A stretch of DNA of 64,000 nt from Parcubacteria group bacterium. Lineage in GTDB: Bacteria; Patescibacteriota; Minisyncoccia; Phycocordibacterales; Phycocordibacteraceae. Under the pieces are notes generated by a model, which was not told where the DNA came from, searched no databases, and saw only the letters and a list, made by a program, of their open reading frames with translations. Shown piece after piece: positions 52,292-61,126 of this stretch; positions within the stretch are counted from its first letter, which is position 1, and each line of letters begins with the position of its first letter. Location of the stretch: the NCBI GenBank assembly GCA_028286825.1, contig JAQBQV010000002.1, positions 66,157-130,156 of the forward strand, written 5' to 3'. Both the position numbers and the translations under genes were made by a program.

Positions 52292-53017
52292 TTAGCGAAC
52301 AACTGACCACTCCTTGTAGGCTGCTTTGCCGCGAAGCGCGACGTGGATGCCGTTTTTGATCCAAATGCCGTAGGTGCGGAACCACCCGAGCTTATGAGGG
52401 CGGCGAAGCGAGTGGCGGACGCAGAGCTTGTAGTATGAGCGTGTAGCGCCGATGTTAGCCAAATTGCGAAAGAGCTCATTGTCTTCACCAGCGGCGAGGT
52501 GCTCTGTAAAGCCGCCAATCTTGCGGAAGGCCTCAGCACGCATCATTTGGAACTCACCTGATGAGTTCCCTGAGTGAAAAATGTTATTTGAGATCACATA
52601 AAACCAGTTGAGAGGAGCACTAAAGAGGGCGTCTATTATCGAGCTATTTTCAGCATACGGTTTGAGCGGCACAGTCATAGCTACGAGCTTCGGGTTCTGG
52701 TCAAACGCAGAGAGCATTTCGGTAAAAAAGTTTTGAGGCTCTGGGATTATCACATCTGCATCGATACAGACAATATAGGTGCCAGTCGAAAGCGCTGCGC
52801 CAGCGTTCTTGGCTTCGCCAAAGGTTTGACGACGAGCCTGGTCCCACACAACCACCTTATCTGTATATGTGCGAGCTATGTCGAGCGTTCCGTCAGTACT
52901 CCCTCCGTCAGTAATAATGATCTCGTGCGGGATCTGTAGCGTGTCAAAGTTGGCAAGTGTGCGCTCTAGAAACTGTATTTCTTTAAAGGTAGGAATAACG
53001 ATCGATAATATTGGCAT
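52292..53017 (-). CDS. glycosyltransferase family 2
   Basis: LSIVIPTFKE, TDGGSTDGT, IDADV (DxD). Starts 3 nt after the trxB stop. Confidence 0.85.
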   Translation of the reverse strand: MPILSIVIPTFKEIQFLERTLANFDTLQIPHEIIITDGGSTDGTLDIARTYTDKVVVWDQARRQTFGEAKNAGAALSTGTYIVCIDADVIIPEPQNFFTEMLSAFDQNPKLVAMTVPLKPYAENSSIIDALFSAPLNWFYVISNNIFHSGNSSGEFQMMRAEAFRKIGGFTEHLAAGEDNELFRNLANIGATRSYYKLCVRHSLRRPHKLGWFRTYGIWIKNGIHVALRGKAAYKEWSVVR

Positions 53018-53020
53018 ACG

Positions 53021-53947
53021 TTAGGAGTGCGTCTTGATCCAAATATAGATGTCTTCAAGCGCCTTTACGCCGTCACCGGCGGCGATGTTGTTTTGGTGAT
53101 ACAACTCATCAGTACAATCTCCCGCTGCCCAAACACCGTCAACCGGCGTGCGCTGATTTCGCGCATCCACTTTAACGCGGCCGAACTGGTCAACGTCAAC
53201 GAGTGCCTTGGCGTAGTCAGTATTCGGGATCACGCCAATCTCGACGAAGACGCCGGAGACGGGGAGTGTCGTCTCTTCGCCCGTGTTCTTGTCTTTATAG
53301 GTGAGGCCGGTAACAAACTGTTCGCCGAGGACGGCAGTTGGCTCAGTATTTGTGAGAATGCGCATGTTCGGGTGCGCGCGAGCCTTCTCGACTGTGACGG
53401 GGTCTGCCTTGAATTCGCTGCTTCTATGTACGAGCGTAACTGATTTTGAGTAGGCGAGGAGTTGGAGTGCGCTCTCAAAGCCGGCGTTACCGCCTCCGAT
53501 TACCGCGACATCCATCCCGCCAAAAAGCGGACCATCGCATGAGGCACAGTAGGTCACGCCCTTGTTCTCAAATTTGTCTGCGCCAGGCACCTCAAGCTTA
53601 CGTCGACCGGCACCTGAGGCGATAAGAACAGTCTTCGCGGTGAACTCGGTGCCGGTTTTCGTTACGGCTTTAAAACCACCAGCAACCTTTTCAAGTGAAG
53701 TTACGTATTCACCAATAGCGAGTGTGACAAAGTCACTCTTGACTGCTTCGAGGTGCTTGGCAAAAGCTTTGCCTAGGTCTATACCAGTGATCTTTGGCGT
53801 ACCGATCCAGTTCTCAATTCCCTCAGAGACCGTCGATTGACCTCCAATTTCTCCCGCAATGAGTACTGTCTTAAGTTGCTTGCGAGCGGCATAGACTGCA
53901 GCTGCTACTCCGGCAGGGCCTCCGCCGATAATCATGAGATCGTACAT
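53021..53947 (-). CDS. trxB: thioredoxin-disulfide reductase
   Basis: FAD site IIGGGPAGVAAAVYAAR, redox centre CASCDG, NADPH site VIGGGNAG. TATACT lies 8 nt upstream of the ATG. Confidence 0.92.
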   Translation of the reverse strand: MYDLMIIGGGPAGVAAAVYAARKQLKTVLIAGEIGGQSTVSEGIENWIGTPKITGIDLGKAFAKHLEAVKSDFVTLAIGEYVTSLEKVAGGFKAVTKTGTEFTAKTVLIASGAGRRKLEVPGADKFENKGVTYCASCDGPLFGGMDVAVIGGGNAGFESALQLLAYSKSVTLVHRSSEFKADPVTVEKARAHPNMRILTNTEPTAVLGEQFVTGLTYKDKNTGEETTLPVSGVFVEIGVIPNTDYAKALVDVDQFGRVKVDARNQRTPVDGVWAAGDCTDELYHQNNIAAGDGVKALEDIYIWIKTHS

Positions 53948-53963
53948 ATAAGCTTAGTATAAC

Positions 53964-53990
53964 AGAACCGGCGCCAAGGGCGCCGGTTCT
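53964..53990. terminator. 12-bp hairpin between ftsZ 3' end and trxB promoter
   Basis: AGAACCGGCGCC-aag-GGCGCCGGTTCT. Abuts the trxB -10 box. The T-run (GACTTTTG) is on the plus side only. Confidence 0.45.
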
Positions 53991-54091
53991 GACTTTTGTA
54001 TCATTCTACTATCAAGCGAGCTGAGTAATAAAATATATACCTATGTTTCTTATTCGAGGCAGGCGCAGGGAGGAATCCCAGCTTTGCGAGC

Positions 54092-55351
54092 TTATTTCTT
54101 GTGTCTACGGAGGAAACTCGGGATTGCTCCCCAGGCCTCGTCGTCCTCAGGTACTACTGGAGTGTCCTCGCGCTTTTGCGGTTGTGCGGTGACAATAGGC
54201 TCCTCCTTCTCAATAGGGAGTAGCACTTCCTCTTTTTTCATTTCCCTTCTTTCTATTTTTTCCTCAGCAGGTTTGTCATCGCGGCGGAGGATCTCATGGT
54301 AGATGCGACCACGCTCTTCGTCCCGTTTCTCTACTGGTGCTGAGAAGAGGGATGGTTCAAAGCCGGTGCCGATTGGTGTTGCGTGAGAAGCACTTTCAGG
54401 GAATCCAGTTGCGATAACGATAATGCGGATCTGACCCTTCTTGAGTTTCTCGTCTTTCATCATACCGAAGATCACCTTGGCGTTCTTATCTACTGATTCG
54501 TTGATCACCTTAGCGGCTTCCTGAACCTCGATGATGCCCAGGTCGTCTGAGCCAGCAACGACGAAGAGAATTCCCTTAGCGCCGCTAATCGATACGTCGA
54601 GAAGTGGTGAATTGACCGCCTGGATAGCTGCCTCTTTTGCACGCTCATCGCCTTCAGCGATGCCGATACCCATGAGAGCAGGGCCCGCATTTTCCATAAT
54701 TGCCTTGATGTCGTTGAAGTCAGTGTTGATGTCTCCTGGAGTTGTGATGATGTCTGAGACACCCTCAACGGCTTGACGGAGGATCTCATCACAGAGCGCA
54801 AAGGCACTCTTGGCTGACATATTCTTGTCGACGATGGCAAGTAGCTTGTCGTTGGGGATGACGATAAACGCATCGACTTCCTTCTTAAGTTCGGCGAGAC
54901 CGCGTTCGGCGATTTCTTTACGCTGGGCGCCTTCAAACGAAAACGGCTTAGTGACGACCGCAATGACGAGTGCTCCGACTTCCTTGGCAATTTTTGCGAC
55001 AATCGCTGAAGCTCCTGTACCAGTACCACCACCCATACCACAGGTGATGAATACCATATCGCTCCCCGATACTGCTTCTTGAATTTCCTGTCGCGTTTCT
55101 TCAGCGGCACGGCGACCAAGCTCTGGATTCATGCCTGCACCGAGGCCGCGAGTGAGGTTTTTGCCAATGTGGATCTTGCGTTTAGCGAGCGAGCGGTGAA
55201 GGTCCTGGGCGTCAGTGTTAACGGCGACGAATTCGACGCCCTGCACCTTGGAGGTGATCATGTGGTTAATCGCGTTTTTACCAGAACCACCGACGCCAAC
55301 CACACGAATTCGTGCAAAGGTCTCAACTTCGGGTTCAACGCGTTTAGACAT
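54092..55351 (-). CDS. ftsZ: cell division protein FtsZ
   Basis: GVGGSGKNAINHM, tubulin signature GMGGGTGTGA, long acidic/basic C-terminal linker. ORF track TTG start 55390. Confidence 0.94.
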   Translation of the reverse strand: MSKRVEPEVETFARIRVVGVGGSGKNAINHMITSKVQGVEFVAVNTDAQDLHRSLAKRKIHIGKNLTRGLGAGMNPELGRRAAEETRQEIQEAVSGSDMVFITCGMGGGTGTGASAIVAKIAKEVGALVIAVVTKPFSFEGAQRKEIAERGLAELKKEVDAFIVIPNDKLLAIVDKNMSAKSAFALCDEILRQAVEGVSDIITTPGDINTDFNDIKAIMENAGPALMGIGIAEGDERAKEAAIQAVNSPLLDVSISGAKGILFVVAGSDDLGIIEVQEAAKVINESVDKNAKVIFGMMKDEKLKKGQIRIIVIATGFPESASHATPIGTGFEPSLFSAPVEKRDEERGRIYHEILRRDDKPAEEKIERREMKKEEVLLPIEKEEPIVTAQPQKREDTPVVPEDDEAWGAIPSFLRRHKK

Positions 55352-55393
55352 ACTCGTAGGGCAATGATAGCAGAATATCGAGTAATGCAAACC

Positions 55394-55421
55394 TTGACGG
55401 AAGAGTCAAAATTGTTATAAC
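55394..55421 (+). promoter_or_regulatory. canonical sigma-70 promoter (TTGACG-16 nt-TATAAC)
   Basis: -35 at 55394-55399 and -10 at 55416-55421. Leader of about 40 nt to the SD-led ORF at 55467. Confidence 0.55.
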
Positions 55422-55466
55422 TATCTGCGGAACTAACTGTCTTACCGGGCTTTGGAGGGCCTCGCA

Positions 55467-55943
55467 ATGATCATCATTTTTCTTGTCATGTTGTGCACTC
55501 AAGCTCCGCGTATTCTTACGGGATTATGGCGTGAAGTTGTTACAAAAAACGTTGAGGCTGTTGTAGCGGCGTGGCAGCGAGCTAGTAGAACTCAAGCATT
55601 ACCGCTTGTCGTAACCCAGACACTCGATGAGTTCATCTCCGTAGCGCTCAACGACGGGTGTCTGCGCGCTCGTGTCGATCTTGTGCGCGAGAAACCGTAT
55701 GGGTCGATGGTCACCGGGGATTGGGTGTATGTGACCGCATCGACGATAACGTACGCGCATCGAAAGATCGTGTATCGCTCGACGAAAACGGGAGTATTGC
55801 TCTCCACAACTGCGCACGCATGTGAACGAACGTGGGTCGAGAATCAGGCAAAAGGTATGGCGCATGAACTGCGCAGTAAAGGCATAACGGCCTGCTGGGT
55901 CCGCGATGAGTTCGAGAGAGTTATCGACCCACCTGCTCGATGA
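55467..55943 (+). CDS. hypothetical protein (158 aa) with hydrophobic N-terminus
   Basis: SD GGAGGG 7 nt upstream of the ATG; own promoter and terminator; antisense to the fts genes. No family recognised. Confidence 0.55.
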   Translation: MIIIFLVMLCTQAPRILTGLWREVVTKNVEAVVAAWQRASRTQALPLVVTQTLDEFISVALNDGCLRARVDLVREKPYGSMVTGDWVYVTASTITYAHRKIVYRSTKTGVLLSTTAHACERTWVENQAKGMAHELRSKGITACWVRDEFERVIDPPAR

Positions 55944-55958
55944 AAAATAAAAAGCCTC

Positions 55959-55987
55959 ACTACCTGGAACACGGGTAGTTCTTTTTT
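55959..55987 (+). terminator. rho-independent terminator
   Basis: ACTACC-tggaacacg-GGTAGT followed by TCTTTTTT. Confidence 0.7.
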
Positions 55988-56022
55988 AAAAGAAACCGCC
56001 CAAACCTAGAAAGGTTGGGCGG
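55988..56022 (-). terminator. rho-independent terminator (minus strand)
   Basis: CCGCCCAACC/GGTTTGGGCGG stem, followed on minus by TTTCTTTT. Back-to-back with 55959-55987. Confidence 0.7.
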
Positions 56023-56045
56023 AGTGAAAGAGCGGGTATGGCGAC

Positions 56046-56492
56046 TTAGGTCTTCGCGATTGCGGCCTCTGTGCGCTGCGCTTGCGGCTTGTGCTGATAT
56101 TGCATTTGCTTCGCGGCGGCTGAGGTGGGCACTGTCTCGACAGAAAGGGCGACGCCTTCGCCAAACTTATTCAGGCGGCCGAGTTCCTGCAGGAGAAAGA
56201 ACTGGCGCTCCGAATCGGCGAACCGGAAACCATCGTGGTGCGCTTCGGGCTCGTGAAGGCGCACCTGCTCAAAGGTTGCTGTGGTAACCGACGGAAGACC
56301 GCACGCATGTGCCACTTCCTTCGAGAGGGAAGCAATGACGGTCGTTCCCGGCTGCATGCACACTGCCTCCAGCTTGTTGAGCGGGTCCACCAGGGCATGC
56401 GAATGCCGTGTAACGGGGTAGATGATCAGCTGGTCGCCAGGTCGCGCAGGATCAGAACGAACAGTTGCTGCCTTGAGGCTGAAGTCGCACAT
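56046..56492 (-). CDS. hypothetical protein (148 aa) with MCDFSL N-terminus
   Basis: SD AGGAGA 8 nt upstream of the ATG; terminator downstream. The N-terminus resembles uncharacterised MCDYSL... proteins; this is from memory only and unverified. Confidence 0.55.
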   Translation of the reverse strand: MCDFSLKAATVRSDPARPGDQLIIYPVTRHSHALVDPLNKLEAVCMQPGTTVIASLSKEVAHACGLPSVTTATFEQVRLHEPEAHHDGFRFADSERQFFLLQELGRLNKFGEGVALSVETVPTSAAAKQMQYQHKPQAQRTEAAIAKT

Positions 56493-56514
56493 CAGAAGTC
56501 TCTCCTGTGGTTGT

Positions 56515-56540
56515 CAAACAAAAACCGCGGCATTCCGCAG
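56515..56540 (-). terminator. rho-independent terminator after ftsA
   Basis: Minus strand: CTGCGG-aatg-CCGCGG (one G-U pair) followed by TTTTTGTTTG. Confidence 0.55.
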
Positions 56541-56573
56541 TGGAAATACAATAACATGAGACTATTAATATGT

Positions 56574-57731
56574 CTAGGGCAGGAACTGCTGGAAAAACTT
56601 TCTAACGCTCGTGCCTACGTTCTTTTTTGGGGCTGCTGTGTCGCCCGTAAGTCCCCAAAGGGCGAGGCCGTACGCAACGGCCCAGGTAGCGTCACGGATT
56701 TTGGTGTCTGCAGATATCCGCAGTTCGGCAAGACGCGCAGGGAGCTTGAGTGAGCCTTTGGCAATGTCGCTAATTGAGCCGACACCTGAGCCACCTCCTG
56801 AAATGATGATGCCCGCAGGAAGGGGACCCCTGCGGCCAAGCGACTTCAAGTGCTTGTCGATAAGTGCAAACATATTATTTAAACGGTTGGCAATAAAGTC
56901 GTCTATCTTTTTCCTGGGGTACATTGCGCCCGTGAGTTTACCAACTTTCACGCGCTCTGCTTCGTCAAGAGAGATGCGCAGACCAAGGGCAATGTCATCG
57001 GTAATGTGGCTTGAACCCATCGGGAATACTTTGACTGAAACAGGAATTCCTTCATCATAGACAACGATTGAAACCGTTTCTGCACCAATGTTTGCCAGAA
57101 CGCAACCTTTCATTTTCTGGTCGCCTTCAAGAAGTACGTAAGAGCCTGCAAGCGGAGAAGCCATCTGGTCAATGATTTCTATGTCAGCGTCTTCTATCGC
57201 TGCGGCAAGCGCCTCTTCGTGTTGTGCGAGACAGGTAACAAAGAGATAGTCCACCTCGAGGCGGACCCCTTTCATCCCAAGGGGGTCACCAAGCACTTTG
57301 TTACCGTCAATTCGATACTCGACCGGGATGCTGTGGAGCACGTGACGATTTAGGAATCCTGGGGCAGCAGCTTCGCGGGCAGCCTTGCCGGCTTTTTCAA
57401 TATCAAGCGCGGTGATTTCTTGATCAGCACGCGAGATAATGGCGAAGCCGCTTGCGCGCGCTTCATCCAATGAGATTCCACCTACCGCAAGAAAGCCTGC
57501 ACGGATAGGGACGCGGGAGACCGACTCGGCTTGTCGCTTTGCTTCGCGAATACTTGCGGTCACCTCCTCTTTATTGACGATGTAGCCGTGGCGTAGTCCT
57601 CTCGATTCTGACAGCCCGGTCCCGATGATACGAATTTGCCGCCCGCCGTGTTTATCGGTGAGTTCCTCGACGACTACCATTTTGACTTGGTACGTGCCGA
57701 TGTCGATTCCGGTTGCGATTCGTCGTGACAT
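56574..57731 (-). CDS. ftsA: cell division protein FtsA
   Basis: Actin-fold phosphate-1 motif IATGIDIGTYQVKMVV, ANIGAETVSIVVY, IISGGGSGV. ORF track start 57857; Met 57731 fits the family N-terminus. Confidence 0.88.
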   Translation of the reverse strand: MSRRIATGIDIGTYQVKMVVVEELTDKHGGRQIRIIGTGLSESRGLRHGYIVNKEEVTASIREAKRQAESVSRVPIRAGFLAVGGISLDEARASGFAIISRADQEITALDIEKAGKAAREAAAPGFLNRHVLHSIPVEYRIDGNKVLGDPLGMKGVRLEVDYLFVTCLAQHEEALAAAIEDADIEIIDQMASPLAGSYVLLEGDQKMKGCVLANIGAETVSIVVYDEGIPVSVKVFPMGSSHITDDIALGLRISLDEAERVKVGKLTGAMYPRKKIDDFIANRLNNMFALIDKHLKSLGRRGPLPAGIIISGGGSGVGSISDIAKGSLKLPARLAELRISADTKIRDATWAVAYGLALWGLTGDTAAPKKNVGTSVRKFFQQFLP

Positions 57732-58128
57732 GAGGTAATGGGCGCATAGAACTCTGGGCATATTTTGCCAAGAGTTTTTGTTCGCTATTCTCCATCGTAG
57801 CACCATGGGCCCTCCCTTGTACGTGCAGTAGACCGTGGATAAACAAATACGTGACAAATGTGCGTTCGCTCATTTCATAACTCGCGCACTGCCGATGAGC
57901 TTCTTCTAGACAGATAAATATTTCCCCACTCTTCGCGCCTAGGGCATACGAGAGCACGTTCGGTACGTAACTTTTGTTTCGTAACTTTTGGTTGAGTGTT
58001 CGGGCTCGCTTTGCCCCCACAAACACAAGCGAGATCTCCCAGGAGGGGAGTACATCGTTTGCAATTCTGGTAAAAAGCGCACGCGACGCCACGGGGCGTC
58101 GCGTAAAGTTTTGTATTGAGACTGACAT
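57652..58128 (-). CDS. ybeY: rRNA maturation endoribonuclease YbeY
   Basis: Zinc motif HGLLHVQGRAH. An N/R-rich tail of about 35 aa overlaps the ftsA start by 80 nt. Confidence 0.8.
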   Translation of the reverse strand: MSVSIQNFTRRPVASRALFTRIANDVLPSWEISLVFVGAKRARTLNQKLRNKSYVPNVLSYALGAKSGEIFICLEEAHRQCASYEMSERTFVTYLFIHGLLHVQGRAHGATMENSEQKLLAKYAQSSMRPLPHVTTNRNRNRHRHVPSQNGSRRGTHR

Positions 58129-58135
58129 TTGCGGC

Positions 58136-58393
58136 CTACTTTCGACGCGTCCTCTTCGCGGCTGGATCGATCTTACCGAGCTTCACAAGCTCGTTGTAGT
58201 TCTCGCGGCGGACCTTCGAGATGATGGCGCGCTTATGATCGACGTTCTTACTCTTTGAGCGTTCAAAATAGCGGCCGTCGCGAACTTCGCGTACGAGACC
58301 AAGGGTCTGTGCGCGACGGGTAAAACGTCGAATAAGCGCAGCTGAACTTTCGTTCTTTCCGCGCTTCACCTCCACTCGTGTGCCTGCTGTCAT
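58136..58393 (-). CDS. rpsU: 30S ribosomal protein S21
   Basis: 85 aa, basic. ALIRRFTRRAQTLGLVREVRDGRYFERSKSK fits S21. TGGTAGAGT lies 9 nt upstream. Confidence 0.85.
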   Translation of the reverse strand: MTAGTRVEVKRGKNESSAALIRRFTRRAQTLGLVREVRDGRYFERSKSKNVDHKRAIISKVRRENYNELVKLGKIDPAAKRTRRK

Positions 58394-58487
58394 AGTGATA
58401 AGACTCTACCACATCCACAGCCAAATTGTCTATCAGCGGAGCTGTGGGTGTAGGATAGGGAAGGATCAACAACTGAAGGATGATGTG

Positions 58488-59018
58488 ATGAAAATATCTG
58501 TTCCCCCAGGAAGGCTTGGCGCACTCAACGCGGACGTCGAAGAATGCTATGCGTTCAATGATTGGCGTCCGACAGCGGTTGCCGTGCTGGAGGCTCCTGA
58601 CGGACGCATCTTGCGCGCGTGTACGAAGGGCGGCTGGTGGGGATTCCCACAGGGTAGAATCGAGCAAGGTGAAGACATTCTTGCTGGCTGCTGTCGAGAA
58701 GTGCATGAAGAGCTTGGATTCGAGCACTCGATCTTCGATGAAGCTCGGGGCTTCGTCTACCAGGGCGATCTTCAGGTGCCGAACAATCCCGACGGGTTTA
58801 AGCATGGCAAGCGACTGTATTACTTTCATTTTATCCTGCACGGGACCCCATTCATTACTCTAAACACGGGCGAGCTCAGTGCCTGCGAGTGGGATCAACC
58901 CGATCGGGTGTACCAATTCTTTAGCGGCTTACGGCGCGTCTATACGGAGAAGCGTAGACAGCTCCTTCAGGTGATTTCGCTTCTGCCGAGCATGCCTCAA
59001 GGCGCACTTCCGTTCTGA
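58488..59018 (+). CDS. NUDIX hydrolase
   Basis: Nudix box GRIEQGEDILAGCCREVHEELGF. SD GAAGGA upstream. ORF track start 58380 would overlap rpsU. Confidence 0.8.
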   Translation: MKISVPPGRLGALNADVEECYAFNDWRPTAVAVLEAPDGRILRACTKGGWWGFPQGRIEQGEDILAGCCREVHEELGFEHSIFDEARGFVYQGDLQVPNNPDGFKHGKRLYYFHFILHGTPFITLNTGELSACEWDQPDRVYQFFSGLRRVYTEKRRQLLQVISLLPSMPQGALPF

Positions 59019-59023
59019 CCATT

Positions 59024-59053
59024 CTTCGGCGACCGACCAGCTCAATGCTGGTC
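59024..59053 (+). terminator. rho-independent terminator
   Basis: CGACCAGC-tcaat-GCTGGTCG followed by TCATTTTTT. Confidence 0.8.
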
Positions 59054-59061
59054 GTCATTTT

Positions 59062-59976
59062 TTAATCAAACAGTGAGATCAGATAGGTATCGATCTTGCG
59101 CTGATCCATTTGATAGAAAAAGGTCCCTGATTTGTGCAGGCTCGTAGCGAGCTTCACTCCCACAAAGCGCCAGTGCCATGGCTCATAGATGTAATACCCA
59201 TTGCCCGGCGGATAGGACTGCACGAAGCCGTAGCGATAAGCATTTTGCACCATCCACTGATACGCAGGTTTTTTATCAAATCCCTCAAGGATGCCACCGG
59301 TCCCGGTTGTAATGAAGTCGATTGTCGTGCCGAGCTGGTGCTCTGAATACCCTTGATCAGCAGAGAATGAATTGGCAGTCCCGGCACCATAGGTAACTTT
59401 ATACTGACCCTTCAAGGCGCTTTGGGTATTAAATGAGCGATAGGCGCTTGATGCATAGATATCGACACCATCGTCTTTTGCCGCGTCGAGCATCTTCTCT
59501 ACGTAGGGAAGCACTTCGGGAATGATCTGGAGGGGTGCGTTCTCAATATATTTATAGGTTGCTGGGATCTCGACGAGACGCGCCGGAGCGTATGTATCGC
59601 TCAAGAAAAAGACTTTTGAATATTTTGCCAAGAGCTGAGAGTCGATCGAGCTCAGTTTCTGAAGATCATCGACCGTCCCAGTTACCGATCCCACCTGATC
59701 TTGGACTTCGCCGAGTTTGTCTTGAATATTTTGCCGCTCAGTGGCGAGAGCAATGTCAATTGTACTAGTCGCTTCGCTTAGTGCTATTTGAAAGATTGCC
59801 GTCGTTGACGCAAGCGCAAGCGCAAGCGTGTTTACTTGGGTTGAGAGTTTCTCCACGCGGTAAAAGCCATAGCCTGAGACAAGGAGGAGGATGCCTATGG
59901 TCATGGCGAGAGTGCTAACTACCATTTCTTTGCTAATTGGCATACGACGGCCTAGTTTTTCAATAGTTGCTTGCAT
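59062..59976 (-). CDS. D-alanyl-D-alanine carboxypeptidase, peptidase M15B (VanY-like)
   Basis: TM anchor, SAYRSFNTQ, SEHQLGTTIDF, EPWHWRFVG. Confidence 0.85.
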   Translation of the reverse strand: MQATIEKLGRRMPISKEMVVSTLAMTIGILLLVSGYGFYRVEKLSTQVNTLALALASTTAIFQIALSEATSTIDIALATERQNIQDKLGEVQDQVGSVTGTVDDLQKLSSIDSQLLAKYSKVFFLSDTYAPARLVEIPATYKYIENAPLQIIPEVLPYVEKMLDAAKDDGVDIYASSAYRSFNTQSALKGQYKVTYGAGTANSFSADQGYSEHQLGTTIDFITTGTGGILEGFDKKPAYQWMVQNAYRYGFVQSYPPGNGYYIYEPWHWRFVGVKLATSLHKSGTFFYQMDQRKIDTYLISLFD

Positions 59977-59980
59977 AGTC

Positions 59981-61126
59981 TTATGCTACCGCTTTCAACC
60001 GTTCGATAATACCCAGGAGGGGGACAATGGTCTCTTGTTGTGTTTGTCGATTGCGCAAAATTGCTGAGCCCTCAAGCGCCTCTTTACGTCCCATGATGAG
60101 AAGGTACGGGCTATTGCGTATCTCAGCCAAGTGGAGCTGCTCGGTGAGAGACTCGATACCAATGTCCTGAGAAAGCGCCACACGTGCTTTGCGAAATTCT
60201 TCTGTGAGCGAGATTGAGACGCGCTTCGCCTCGTCGCCGATGTGTACAAATGAAAAGCGCAGACGCGGATTCACGGGCTTCTTTACGATGTCTCCTTCGC
60301 TGGGGACTTGGAGCACAGCGCCAGTCGCACTCACACCAGCTCCTGGGAAGAAATGTTTCGTGAGATCGGTATATCGTGAACCCCAGGCAACACGTTTGCC
60401 GCCCGCCAAGACCTCGAAACACGTATCACTCCATAGGGGCCCTCGACTAATTAAGTCACGCGCAAGCTCGTAGGGCGTCTCGGTCATCTCCATATATTCA
60501 AGCAGGTCTTCAAATCGCTTGCGGCTCGCGTCCGAGAGGTGTTCGGTAGGAGCAGGGAGGTCCTCGGCGTAGGCTTGCGCGATCATTAGCTCGGCTGCTT
60601 CAAATGCATCACGCTTTGCACAATTGACGCAGTCCTCAGGGAGTGAGTTCGCGCGCTTCTTGAAGAAATTGCCGAGCTCGCGCGCGTAGCGCGCGCGGGT
60701 CTCCTTATCGCCCATTGAGTTGATCCGCACCACTGGCTCTTCGTGGTATAGGTCGCGCGCGAGAGCAATAAGGGCGCGGATGATGATCACTTCGGAAAGT
60801 GCGCGGTCTGTACCAAGCGCGTGGAACTGCACCGTTGCCTTCTTGGGTGCTGCGCGCCCAGCGGCAATGTTCGTGTGCCAGACAAATAGCGGTTGTCGTG
60901 GCGTCGTAGAGTATTCGACGTTTTGAAATTGCTTTAAGAATCCTGCAACTGTTTCAGCTACCGGATCGAGTGTTAGCTGAGCGAGCGCTTCAGGGTAGCC
61001 CGCATGCTTCAGGCCTTTGCCGCGAGCCTTAAGGGTAAGTGTTGAAAGGGGGGTAAATCCGTAATACTGACCCACTGCCGTCGCCTTATGGAGCAGTTCT
61101 TCAGCTGGGATCACGTCGCGTATCAT
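59981..61126 (-). CDS. histidyl-tRNA synthetase-like protein with degenerate catalytic motifs (HisZ-like)
   Basis: Collinear with HisRS (VQFHALGTD.., NSMGDKETRARY, WGSRYTDL, anticodon-binding LLIMGRKEALEG). LRPEGT, the motif 2 arginines and GGRYD are not conserved. Confidence 0.6.
   Translation of the reverse strand: MIRDVIPAEELLHKATAVGQYYGFTPLSTLTLKARGKGLKHAGYPEALAQLTLDPVAETVAGFLKQFQNVEYSTTPRQPLFVWHTNIAAGRAAPKKATVQFHALGTDRALSEVIIIRALIALARDLYHEEPVVRINSMGDKETRARYARELGNFFKKRANSLPEDCVNCAKRDAFEAAELMIAQAYAEDLPAPTEHLSDASRKRFEDLLEYMEMTETPYELARDLISRGPLWSDTCFEVLAGGKRVAWGSRYTDLTKHFFPGAGVSATGAVLQVPSEGDIVKKPVNPRLRFSFVHIGDEAKRVSISLTEEFRKARVALSQDIGIESLTEQLHLAEIRNSPYLLIMGRKEALEGSAILRNRQTQQETIVPLLGIIERLKAVA

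Noticed and set aside
54505-55119. 204-aa alternate-frame ORF inside ftsZ, and similar ORFs inside recG, valS, nrdJ and murJ
   Set aside because: They lie entirely within genes that have unambiguous family motifs in another frame or strand. They are typical long shadow ORFs.
58263-58841. 192-aa ORF on the minus strand
   Set aside because: It overlaps both rpsU and the Nudix gene, which has a clear Nudix box on the plus strand. It is a shadow frame.
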